From an uncultured virus (IMG/VR IMGVR_UViG_3300030328_001585) (lineage: Duplodnaviria; Heunggongvirae; Uroviricota; Caudoviricetes), in the IMG/VR virus record IMGVR_UViG_3300030328_001585: a stretch of DNA of 53,954 nucleotides; one strand, given 5' to 3'. Position numbers and translations under genes: made by a program. Each line of letters opens with the position of its first letter. Within the stretch, counting starts at the first letter, position 1. This document shows, piece by piece, positions 27,116 through 38,200 of the stretch. Below the pieces are notes generated by a model, which was not told the DNA's origin, did no database searches, and saw nothing but the letters and a program-made list of their open reading frames with translations.

Positions 27116-30046
27116 TTATATCCCCATCTTACCACTGTAAAATGGCATTGCCCACTTTTTCATTTTCATTTCTTTTCCTTTCTTCCCGTCTTCTTCTTCT
27201 ACTAGATTAACATTAGAACCCGGATAGCCTGGAATACCACGTTGACTTAGTTCATTTTGTCCTACTGTTGTATTACTTGCAAGAGTATTATTTTGTAATC
27301 CCATATAGTATTCTAACATTTTTGGGCTAATCTCTTGATCAGGTGGTAGATTCTTTCTGAGGTCTGCATAATCATCTAAGAATTTTTCTTGTCTGTTTAC
27401 TTGATTATCTTTATATAAAGCTCTACCATCCTCAGTCCAAACTACATCTCCTCCTGCTCTAGGATCTATATTGTAATAATCATATAATTGATTAAGATTA
27501 TAAGTATTAGATGCATTTGTTATTCCTTGATTATATAGTTCATTGGTTTTAGCTGTTTTCCAATTAGAAAAATTCTGAGCGTTTTGTAATGCCACATTAG
27601 TATCATCATACAACTTAGTGTCTTTAATAGCATTTAATCTATCTACTTGTAAATCTAATTGAGGTTGTAATGCTGCTACCTGATTCATAGTCTTAACATT
27701 ATTTTGATTTACTTTGTTTATAGCTTTTGCATTAGCATCTAATGTTTTTCCTTGAATATTACTACGGGAAAGAGCTTGTGGTCCATATGCACCAAGTGCT
27801 TGAGCCATTACAGCTTGTGCTGCTGTATTTGCATTAACTGCTCCTGTCCAATCATCTAAAACATAATCTATCTTTTGACGTTCTAACTCTGGAGCCCAAG
27901 GTAAAAGTAAATCATCTTCAATGAAATTCATTGAGGTTACATTATTTATATCTTGTGCCCACCATTCTTTTGCTGGTCCTGGATCTTCTACTACAGGTGG
28001 TGTTCTATCAACCACCGGCTCTTCTGGAAGATCCATAAATAATTCTTCTTGAGAAGTTATATCTACATTTAATCTTGGAGTATTAAAAGTATGTAATCCT
28101 AATGCTCCATCAAAACCTTCTCCTTTTACATATCCCTCACTACCTTTTTCTTTAAAATATGGTACATATGGAATACCTATAGCCTCTGCTTCTTTTCTTC
28201 TTGTTTCTTCAGCCAATTTCTGGAATTGAGCCCACTGTGGATGGTTAGCACCTGCATTATAATCCCACCCGTCTATTTGTGAAGTTACATCTCCCCATCT
28301 CATCTCAAAGTCTGCAGCTGCTTCTTCACTCATTATATCTGCAGAACCATAACTACCTGCAGATGACTTTTTCTGATTTAATGGTCTATTACCTTCTGAT
28401 AGAATACCATATTGATATTGACCTATAGGAGAACCTTCTAATACTTGCCCTTGACCTTCTATATCCTCACTATAAATAGGAACAGAACCACTACCTTGTT
28501 GATCAGTTGATGACTTTCTTTCTCTTTTTTCATCCGTATCAAACTTAGATTCCCAGTCTTTGAAGATTCTAATTCTTCCATCAACTACTCTTATATCATA
28601 TCTATCATCATCTATATATTTCTGCAGTTTGTTATAATTATCTGATCCTTCTGGATAAGGGTTTTTATATCTAGTACTACCAGAACTAGTTTGAGAGGTG
28701 TTATTATTATCTGTGTCAGTGCTATTATCAGCATTGTTATTATTATTGGTATTATTATTAGGGTTGGCTGCAGCATTAGGAAATATTGTTGCAAACTCTT
28801 CATCACTAACTGATAAATCTCCATCCCATTTATATGATTCCTTGTTCATATAATCAAAATCCTCAATGTTTTGTAGAGCTTTTGCATACATTCTTTTTTC
28901 ATCATCTGTTAAATCAGCTAAGAAACTTGGGTTTACTTCACCACTCATTGGATTATCCATACTCCCTCTATGCATATTATTTCTAATCATATAGTCAATA
29001 TATGTAGCTCTATCTACATTTTGACCATTTACTGAATATGTACCTTCTTGAACAACCTTCTTACCATCATCAGTTCCAGGCCCCTCTTGAGCTTTTCTCA
29101 TAAAGTCAGATAGTTCACTTCCAAACCTTGCAGTATCCATCATAGCATTATTAGCATCTGCTAGTTGCATTTCATCAAATGGATTACTTGAAGAACCAGG
29201 TGGTAATGGCATTGTATCTACTTGTTCTGGACCTTCTGGTGATCCTCCTTGAGCTGGAGGTGCTTGTTCTGCTTGAGCTATCATAGCTTGCAACATCATG
29301 AGTTGTTCTTGTTGTTCAGGTGTTAAAGCAGCAATAGCTCTTTGACGTGCTTCTTCTTCTGATATTGCTTCCATTTTTGCTGTAAACTCTAATGGATCTA
29401 TTCCAACAGATAATAAATATGGATGAGATGCTAATGGAACACCATCTTCAAAACCTTTTTTTGCTTCTTGCATAAATGCTAATTTAGAAAGATCATTCAT
29501 GTTTTTCTTAAGCATTAATTCTGCACTTGTAGAAGAAATTAAATCTGCATACTGTGAGTCTAGTTCTCCATAATAATCATTAAGTTGAAATTTCTTTGAT
29601 ATAGTAGCTGGAGTTTTTCTATCTCCTGTAATACCAAATTCTGCCATTTCTTCTTTACCAAATTTTAACTTTGGTGTATCTGAAAATATAAAAGATTGTT
29701 CTGGCAAGAACATAGGAACCCCACCTTTAGAATGTCTTGGTCCTGTAATATTATATAATCCAAAGTCTCCATCACTATTTAAATCTGTTAACACAGTTTC
29801 TCCACCTTCTGCTTCTATATTAGCATTGTCTCTTGGCACACTAGATAGACTATATCTTACATGCTCATCACGTGAATTATTAAAATTCGTTTCTCCATAA
29901 TAATTCTGTGGAGTTGTAACCAAACCATAATCAGCCTGATCACCAGTTCTTAAATCCCCACCATCTCTCATTAACTTGTCTTCAACTATTTTGCCGTCAA
30001 CTAATTTAAATCCCTTTGGTAATTTATTTATTTTAATTTTTGCCAT
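27116..30046 (-). CDS. Putative virion cargo protein (976 aa)
   Basis: NIEAEGGETV..GPRHSKGGV..FIFSD block, which I recognise from crAss-like structural-region proteins. Q/P-rich and Asn-rich low-complexity linkers. xxGG/AQEG motifs shared with its neighbours. Confidence 0.6.
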   Translation of the reverse strand: MAKIKINKLPKGFKLVDGKIVEDKLMRDGGDLRTGDQADYGLVTTPQNYYGETNFNNSRDEHVRYSLSSVPRDNANIEAEGGETVLTDLNSDGDFGLYNITGPRHSKGGVPMFLPEQSFIFSDTPKLKFGKEEMAEFGITGDRKTPATISKKFQLNDYYGELDSQYADLISSTSAELMLKKNMNDLSKLAFMQEAKKGFEDGVPLASHPYLLSVGIDPLEFTAKMEAISEEEARQRAIAALTPEQQEQLMMLQAMIAQAEQAPPAQGGSPEGPEQVDTMPLPPGSSSNPFDEMQLADANNAMMDTARFGSELSDFMRKAQEGPGTDDGKKVVQEGTYSVNGQNVDRATYIDYMIRNNMHRGSMDNPMSGEVNPSFLADLTDDEKRMYAKALQNIEDFDYMNKESYKWDGDLSVSDEEFATIFPNAAANPNNNTNNNNNADNSTDTDNNNTSQTSSGSTRYKNPYPEGSDNYNKLQKYIDDDRYDIRVVDGRIRIFKDWESKFDTDEKRERKSSTDQQGSGSVPIYSEDIEGQGQVLEGSPIGQYQYGILSEGNRPLNQKKSSAGSYGSADIMSEEAAADFEMRWGDVTSQIDGWDYNAGANHPQWAQFQKLAEETRRKEAEAIGIPYVPYFKEKGSEGYVKGEGFDGALGLHTFNTPRLNVDITSQEELFMDLPEEPVVDRTPPVVEDPGPAKEWWAQDINNVTSMNFIEDDLLLPWAPELERQKIDYVLDDWTGAVNANTAAQAVMAQALGAYGPQALSRSNIQGKTLDANAKAINKVNQNNVKTMNQVAALQPQLDLQVDRLNAIKDTKLYDDTNVALQNAQNFSNWKTAKTNELYNQGITNASNTYNLNQLYDYYNIDPRAGGDVVWTEDGRALYKDNQVNRQEKFLDDYADLRKNLPPDQEISPKMLEYYMGLQNNTLASNTTVGQNELSQRGIPGYPGSNVNLVEEEDGKKGKEMKMKKWAMPFYSGKMGI

Positions 30047-30048
30047 AA

Positions 30049-32163
30049 TTATAACATTTCTATATCAGCACCTGCAGCTAAAAGCTTAGCTAACATTGCT
30101 GCATCTACGTTAACAACATTTTTTGTTTTCTTTTCTCCACCCTTTTTGGTCATATATAAACCAGTAGTTCTATCTCCTTCACTTCCGGCTCTTCCGGTAT
30201 TAATATCCCACATGCCTCTAGAATTAAATGGATCTACTTCTGTTGCATATATTTCATCTGCAACTACTCTGTTTCTATTGTCAATCTTGGCATCATCAAT
30301 TTTCTTATCTTCAAACCAATCATTAACAAAATCTGCACCTTTGACTAAGAAATTAGATGCATCATCCCATGCTCGTACAACATTACTATTCATAGTTCTA
30401 TCTACAAAGCCTTGTAATCCTCCAAAACTAACATCTAATTCTGGCATATTAATTTTCTGAAACAGTTCATCAGCAGTAGGTGTAGCAGCCACTTCTTCTT
30501 GTGTTGTAACTGCATCAAATTCATTATCTGTTATATTATCTACTGCATTATCAACAGGTGATGTATTTTGAGTGTTTAATACATATTGATCATACTCTGC
30601 TTTTGCATTTGGACCACTTCTAGTTACAGCATCTTGTAACACCCAATCTTGAAAGCTAAGTGGTCCACCAGGATTATTAGCATCATCATTTTGAGCAAAA
30701 GGTGGACCTTGATCTGGTACACTATATTGAGCTCTTGGTAAACCACCTCCTGTTCTCATATCAATAGCTGATATAAATTCTGGAACACTCCAACCTTCTG
30801 GCACCACTCCTCCTTGTTCCATTTCTCTACCAGACTTAGTTTTTATCTTTTTAAGTAATGCCTCATATGTTTTCTTTGCTGTCTCACTAAGTCCTTCTGT
30901 ATTTTGATTTATCCAATTAGTACTTTTCTCTTTTATATTCGTAAGTACAGGTTTGTTTACTGTGACTCCCTCAACTCCAGTAGAAATTAAGTTACCTACA
31001 GCATCATATTGATCATCTAATGTAGGGTTTTCTATTAAAAATTGATTATACCAATTCATTGCTGCCTCTTTATTCTCATCACTATCATCAACTTTCCATT
31101 CATAATCAGCATTAAGATACTTATTAAATTTATTTACCTTAGATTTGTTAGACCAATCTCTCCATGAACCATCTTTTAATCCATCACCATCTAAATCTTT
31201 ACCAGAGAACATAGTGTTATAACCTTCCAATAATGTATTTGCTCCTTTAGCTAAACTAAAGTTATTTCCTGTATTACCAAACCCAACAGGATTAAGATAT
31301 AAAGGACCTGGTTGAATGGTGCTAGAAAAATCATTTTTCTTAATGTTAGGATTTGCTTCATCATAAGTTGTATTACCAGGACCTGTATTTAATAAAGTTG
31401 ATCCATCACTACCTACAATGCTTGTATTTGCAGCATTCATAAAATTCTGCATATTACTATAAATATCACTTCCTTTTTGGTTATTTATGAAATCTAATGT
31501 AGAAAGATTAGTTTCACCAGCATCTTCTGCCATAGGTAAATAATTTTCTCCACCTTCTTCTTTTTTCCATTTAGCTGCATTACGTGCAAAATTAGCCATC
31601 TTCACTACAGATGCAGGGTACCTATCCTTATTAGCTAAAACCTTTCTAGCTGCTTCCTGAACAGCCATTCCACGTGCCTTAGCCCATTTAGTAAACTTTC
31701 CTTTATTTTTTTCTTTTATTTCTATACCTGACTTAGCCTCATCCATCATCTCTACAGGATCTATTCTTTCAACTTCAACAGGTTGACCTCCTGGATCTCT
31801 TTCTGCTAGTTCTTGATTTCTTGCTAATTCTTGAGGATTCTTGTTTACCTGATTGGCATTGGCAGGTTTTGCTTGAGCTAATAAAGCTACACTTTCAAAC
31901 AATAATGTGATGTCTTCTTCTTGATAACCTGCACCCATCAATGCTTGAACAATTACATTCTGATCTACTTCTTGTGTCATTAACCCCATAACAACCTCTT
32001 CTGGCTTTCTACCTTCCTCTATTGCTGAAGTAAAAAATGTGGTAATTTCTTGTACAGCAGGATCAACCTGTTGTTGAGCAGGTTGTGAAGCACCCATAGG
32101 TTGTTGACCCATTACATTCATAGGTTGCATATCTACACTTTTTTTGTTTACTTTATTAGTCAT
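30049..32163 (-). CDS. Putative virion cargo protein (704 aa)
   Basis: Contains the small basic module IEIKEKNKGKFTKWA..GMAVQEAA..ANFARNAAKW, which I recognise from crAss-like phages, and repeated GG(E)/LPRAQ linkers. Confidence 0.6.
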   Translation of the reverse strand: MTNKVNKKSVDMQPMNVMGQQPMGASQPAQQQVDPAVQEITTFFTSAIEEGRKPEEVVMGLMTQEVDQNVIVQALMGAGYQEEDITLLFESVALLAQAKPANANQVNKNPQELARNQELAERDPGGQPVEVERIDPVEMMDEAKSGIEIKEKNKGKFTKWAKARGMAVQEAARKVLANKDRYPASVVKMANFARNAAKWKKEEGGENYLPMAEDAGETNLSTLDFINNQKGSDIYSNMQNFMNAANTSIVGSDGSTLLNTGPGNTTYDEANPNIKKNDFSSTIQPGPLYLNPVGFGNTGNNFSLAKGANTLLEGYNTMFSGKDLDGDGLKDGSWRDWSNKSKVNKFNKYLNADYEWKVDDSDENKEAAMNWYNQFLIENPTLDDQYDAVGNLISTGVEGVTVNKPVLTNIKEKSTNWINQNTEGLSETAKKTYEALLKKIKTKSGREMEQGGVVPEGWSVPEFISAIDMRTGGGLPRAQYSVPDQGPPFAQNDDANNPGGPLSFQDWVLQDAVTRSGPNAKAEYDQYVLNTQNTSPVDNAVDNITDNEFDAVTTQEEVAATPTADELFQKINMPELDVSFGGLQGFVDRTMNSNVVRAWDDASNFLVKGADFVNDWFEDKKIDDAKIDNRNRVVADEIYATEVDPFNSRGMWDINTGRAGSEGDRTTGLYMTKKGGEKKTKNVVNVDAAMLAKLLAAGADIEML

Positions 32164-32176
32164 AATATTATATTAT

Positions 32177-32187
32177 TAATATACAAA
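32177..32187 (-). promoter_or_regulatory. Copy of recurring motif TTTGTATATTA, putative late promoter
   Basis: In the 54-nt gap upstream of the 704-aa gene. Confidence 0.45.
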
Positions 32188-32217
32188 TAATTAGGGAGAT
32201 TCACTAATCTTTAGGGT

Positions 32218-35200
32218 TTAAGAATCATTAATAACATAGGTCATTACATAATTAGCAGGGCTCATTCCTAGTTCTTTTGCCTGTTTATAATGCTTTCTGT
32301 TTAACTTATCATATATTTTAACCCCTATATCTTCCATTTTTGTATTATCATAAGTACCTGAAATATAGTTTCTATATATTGCTAAATTCTCTACTTCACC
32401 CCCTGCAGTCATTCTATCAAACTGTTCAAAGTTTAAGAATCTAGAATTGTGTTTTACTCTCTGTACATAGTTATCTCTCTTATTCCATTTGCTTGGAAGA
32501 TATAACCACATATTCTTTTTCTGATCACTAGATAATTGTTCGTGGTATCTTATTCCCAAAACTAATGCAGTTGCAATAGCAGCTTTTTCTGGGTTTAATA
32601 AATCTGCATTATTCCTTATATTCATGTTTCCTAATGCTTTCTTCTCACGTTCATTAAGTTGACTCCAACGCATTTGAGTGTATCCTACACTTCTGTAATC
32701 TTCATCTAATCCATAGAAGTCATGTTTTGATTTTACATCTGGGCTTGAGCCATCCTCCCATCCAGCTTGCTGTCTCATATATTTATTACCTGCTCTCATG
32801 AAATTACCTAGTCCACTATGTGTATCTCCAAAATTAGATTCAGCCCCATATATTCCAAAAGCCATTTTAGCAATTTGATTATATACATCACTAGAAATTT
32901 GAGCTTCCTTCATTATATCCTTTTTATTTTCCACTAATGCAGATATAAACGGTATAGTTGTATTATTTAATTCTTCATCATCATTAAAATCAAATGCTGT
33001 AAATATTTCATCTCTAAATCCGGCTTCATCAAATTGTGCTCTTATAGGTTTATATGATAATGTATTTGTAGAATAATTACCACCTTGTCCTTTACGGGAC
33101 TCCCCGTCAGCTTCATATGTTTGATATTTTGCTCTATTATTAGCGTTCATTCTTAGTACAGCTTTCCCATCTACCATCTCAAATCTATTACCTTCATCTT
33201 CTGGTAATACAAATACAGGAGTACCATTAGGTAATCCCATATCATATAGTCCTTGTAAGTCACTACATTTCCCGTTTATACAACCATTAGAACTTCTATT
33301 ATCTACTATATCATCATTATCAAAATATTTTAATCTGTAATCAGGAGCACCGTGTATTGCTGTACTAACTTCAATACCTGCTTCATTAACCAGATTAAAG
33401 CTTGGAGCATTATTATAATAATCTGAACTTGTTGGAGATTGATTGCTTATAGTATATCTACCAGCTCCAGTAGATAGGTTTCCTTTATTCCAATCCACTT
33501 GCCATATACCATCTACTTTATCTGCTTCAGTTATTTTTCCATCACCATCTGTATCTTGAGGAACTGTAACAGTTTGTGCATCTCCCGTATTAGCACCTGT
33601 AGCAACCTCAAACTCAGTTATAATTTCATCTCCATGATATAATTTTAATTTTTGATTTTGTTTATCAATTAATACATATCTTTGGTTAGGATCATTTATC
33701 ATTTGAGATTTAACTATTATATTCTCATCAGTTAATGAATTGATTTCTTCATTGTTTTTCTTTAATTCATCTACACTAATCCATTTCTCTTCTGCTAAAG
33801 GTTTTTCTTTTCTATAGGTATCCGGTAGCATTAAATCTTGTCCAGCTATAATTAGATTAGGATCTGTAAGATCATTCAATCTAGCTAATGTATGCCAAGA
33901 TGTATTGTGTGATTTTGCTATTTCATTTAAAGTATCCCCTTTCTTAACTTTATATGTGGGTCCACTAGGAGGAATAATACCAGCAGGTATTACTAATTCT
34001 TGATCAATACTAATAAGACTAGGATTAGGTATATCATTGGCAGATACTATATCATCTACTGATGTATTATATTGTCTAGCAATTTTACTTAAATTTTCTC
34101 CTTTTGATACTGTATGTATTTTTTCTCCACCATCTGCATAAAATTCTCTTATAATTTCTAAGTATTCTTGAGGTGTTTTATTAGGAACCTCCACATCTTC
34201 TCCATATAGATTTGGATAAACTTCTGCTAATGGTTTACCATCTCTTATAACATTTCCAAAGAATTTTCTTGCTCCTTTTCTTCCTAAGAAGTTAGATAAA
34301 CCTATTATATCTTCATATGAATAATTCCAATCATCACCTAGTTGATCTTTATATTCTTGAGTTAGATCCCAAGCATCTTTTAATAATGGGGTTGTCTCAT
34401 TTATTTTAATTCCCTCATTTAATCTTAACTCAAATAATTTATTTTGAGCATCTATATCTTCTGAAAACTCAATTCTAGTTCCATCATATAACCCTCCATC
34501 TTCTATCTCAGAGAATCTTTGACCATAAAGACCTGTTGCAGTAGACTTAGGATTTAACATTAATACTCCTCCAGAACTTTCTGCTTGTGAAATCCCTTTC
34601 TTCAGACCATCAAGATTAATATCTAAGTTCTTCCAGTCAATACCTCTATCAGTACCCGGTCCTTCTTGTTGTTGACTTAAACTATATCCACCAATTGTTA
34701 ATGGTGCTACTGATTTATATATATTAGGATTAGCTAAATTAAAACTACCATCATTACCAAATAATGATTTAGCATAATTTCCTGATTTATTATTATGAAT
34801 TAAAATATCACCTTTACCAAAATCATATAGATTATTTATTGTGGATCTGTTTATACCAAGTTCTTCAACTAACTTTGCTACATCATCAGTGGAGAACTTA
34901 GGTCTATGAACTCTATTAGGATTATACATAATAGTATTAGAGAACTTATTTGCATTTGCTGCTTTTTGTAATTCGGGAGACATCATATCCCAAATGTATG
35001 GTTCATCAAGATTAGTCCAGTCTTTCCCTCCTGCATTAAATTTAAGGTTCTGTGCATCATCTACTTTTGGTATTGCTAATTTATATATTCCACCATCATC
35101 AGCAGCAGTAAGAGCAATTTTACTTCCCACTGGTTGACCTGATGTAAAGAATGGAAAACCTTGTTTATAGAAATGTTCAGCATTATAAAGAGGAATTTCA

Positions 35201-38200
35201 TCTAACTTGCTCAAATGATTTGGAGAATATAGTGTAGCTAAGTTTTGATCTGCAGTAAATATAGCAGTTCCTAAGTCTGATTTGTTTCCTCCAGCTTGAC
35301 TTGCTGAATTTGGAATATTATCTCTTAGGCCAACTGGATTATGTTGATCTGCTCCTCTATAAGTAACATCAATACCCTTTGGATATGCATTCTTAAAGTT
35401 CTGACTGTTCATTTGAACAAATTGTTCTGCCGTACCTGGACTACCATCAGGTAATGTAAATGGACTACCATCAGCATTCTTCATCCATGTACCATCAGCT
35501 TTAGCAAGCCTTTCTATCTCTGTATACTCATCCATTAGAGCTCTGTTGTTTGGAATATCTTTATTCCACTTGCTCCAATCTATTTCTGATTTAAATCCTT
35601 TATTGCTAGCATCAACTACATCATCTACTACCTGTTTTGATTGTTTAGTAACTGCTTCTACTATCTCATCTGTTTTGCCAGATACTTTAGGAAGAACTTT
35701 ACTTACAACTTTAGGCCCTTTAGTAACACCATGTTTTATTAATCCTGCTCCCACCCATGTAGATGGATCTGTTAGAATATCTAAACCTAAACCACCCCAG
35801 AAATTCTCTACAAGTTTTTCACCATCGTCATTAGTAGTTTGAGATACTGTTTTAATTGGCTCATCATTCCAATTAGTAAAAGAAAAGTCTCCTGAAAAAC
35901 CAGGCATAGCATCACTAAAGTTAAATTCTTTATCTCCTCTTTCACCAAAATATTCTACTCCTTCAGCCATTAAGCTTCCTGGAATAGATAATATGTCTAA
36001 TATATTAGAAATCATTGCTCCACCTGTTCCACCAGTATCATCACTTCCCATTAACCAATCCCATGAACCATCTTCATTCTCTACAACATCTGATACACCA
36101 GTAGCATCATATATATCTCCCAGTACTCCTCTAGATCCTGCAGGACGTACACCGTATGCATTACCACTCATTATTGAGTTTGGACCAAATTGTGCCTTTG
36201 GTAAAGATTTACTTTCCCCACCTTCCTTTCTATATGGATCAATAATATCTAAATTAAATGATCCATCATTACCAACCATTGATTTTAAAAATCTGCCAGG
36301 TTGTTGATTATATATTATTTCTTCTTCAAAATGAGTTCCATCAAATAGATTTCTTAAAGTAGCATAGTCTATCTCCCCATCTTCTAAATATCTTGCAATA
36401 TCATCTGTAGTTCTCCTATTTCTACCAACGTTACTTATTATTTCACCATATTCATTAACCCACTCATTTTCAGGAATTTTTCTTCCTAAATCATCTACTA
36501 TAGGTAAGTTTTTCCAATCCCTTTGTCCATGATTTGTCAAATCTACTAGTAATGTATTATTACTTTTTGGATAATATAATTCATGTATACCCTGTTCTCT
36601 ACTAAGAATATTTTTTAATATATTATCTTCTCCATAATGTATTGCTCCTGTTCTATCTCCAGTAAATATACTACCCCTATTTTGTGGAAAAAATTTACCC
36701 ATATTTCCTCTATATGTAATACCTACTCCATCAGGATAAGCCTTTTTAAAATTACTACTTTTTGATTGAATGAATTGTTCAGGTGTCCCTATAAAATCAG
36801 TTCCATCTGCATTCTTCATCCAAGTATTATTTGCTTTTGTTGTTTCTTCTATGAGATTATATTCTTGTAATAGAGCCTTATTTTCAACTATAGATTTATT
36901 CCATTTACTCCAGTCTATCTCTGATACAAACTTAGCATTTGAAACAACATCATCTGCGGACTTAGCAAAAAGTTTAGCCAAGTTTTTTCCTATTTGTCCC
37001 CACTGTGCTTTAGGAAGTTCTTCACCACTTCGTGCTAATGGCGTTGGTATAGTTAATCCTGTAGTTTTATTATGTGTTATATTACCTGCTACCGGACCTC
37101 CATACGCAAAAGGAGGGTTATCTATTAACACATCCATCTCATTAATCTTAGTTGGTTTAAATTTGCTATCATTTAGCAATATGTTTTCTATTTGATTGCC
37201 GTTTTCATCTACAAGTTGTATAACATCAAATCCCTCATCTCTTATAGCTTTAAGTTCTGCATCAGTCCATTTATGATGCATTGCATGGTTACCTTTACTT
37301 AGATCACTTTTAAATATTTTAAACTTGGTATCGGGTGAAAATATACCTTCTATTTTACTCTGATGACCAGGGCGTGTTATTAGCTCTGTTCTCATTATAG
37401 GATCATTATAATCAATTACCCACTCTCCATCAACTAGCTTGCTGTTATAACCCTTATTTATTTTTGTTGCTTTTTCTGCTTCTGTTAATGGAAATTCATT
37501 AAACCCTACCTTACCAGTATTTCCTACCTCATTGTTTATTGTTCTAATTATAGGACGGCCTTGACCAGGAATAAAAGGTATACCCTCATCAATCTTTCCA
37601 TATGCACCTAATGAGTTGTCAAAATATCTAGTATCTCCTACCGGTGCAAACCACATTGGATTACCACTATATATCTCATCAAGTGCCTCAGTGAGAGCAA
37701 ATTCTCCACGGTTAGTATTTACCATATGTTGTTGAGGAATGATTTGACCCTCTTGATTAAATGGTAATTTTTTAGGAGTGTTGGCAACATTTGTATTTAT
37801 CTCGTCAGCATAATTTTTTAATTGAATGCTTGCTTCTTCCACATTATCCCCACTCCACCATTTCTTAAATTCATCTATATTTTTAGAAAAGTATTCTAAT
37901 AATTCATCTGCATTCTTTCCTAGTTCTTTACCAATTGCAGGTAATTTTTTGAAGAACACACCCCATTGAGCTTTTGGTAATTCTCTTCCACTCTTTGCTA
38001 GCATTGGAGTTTCCATTACCATATCACCTGGAAACTGATAATTGTTCTCAGGGAACATGATTTGCTCATTTCCTAAATTATCAATACCATGTACAGGAAA
38101 ATCTACATCTTCCATAGTTATACTGCCTGACTCAATGATATTTATTGGATTGGTTATATCAGGACTATAACTTTTATATCCTTCTACAGATATATATTGT

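Noticed and set aside
28680..28775. Asn-rich AAT-type low-complexity tract as a repeat array or CRISPR
   Set aside because: It is an in-frame low-complexity linker (NPNNNTNNNNNADN) with no repeat-spacer periodicity.
34710..36924. Duplicated domain as a diversity-generating retroelement TR/VR pair
   Set aside because: Both copies are coding. In the stretch compared, differences fall at synonymous positions and are not adenine-specific. No reverse transcriptase is present in the window.
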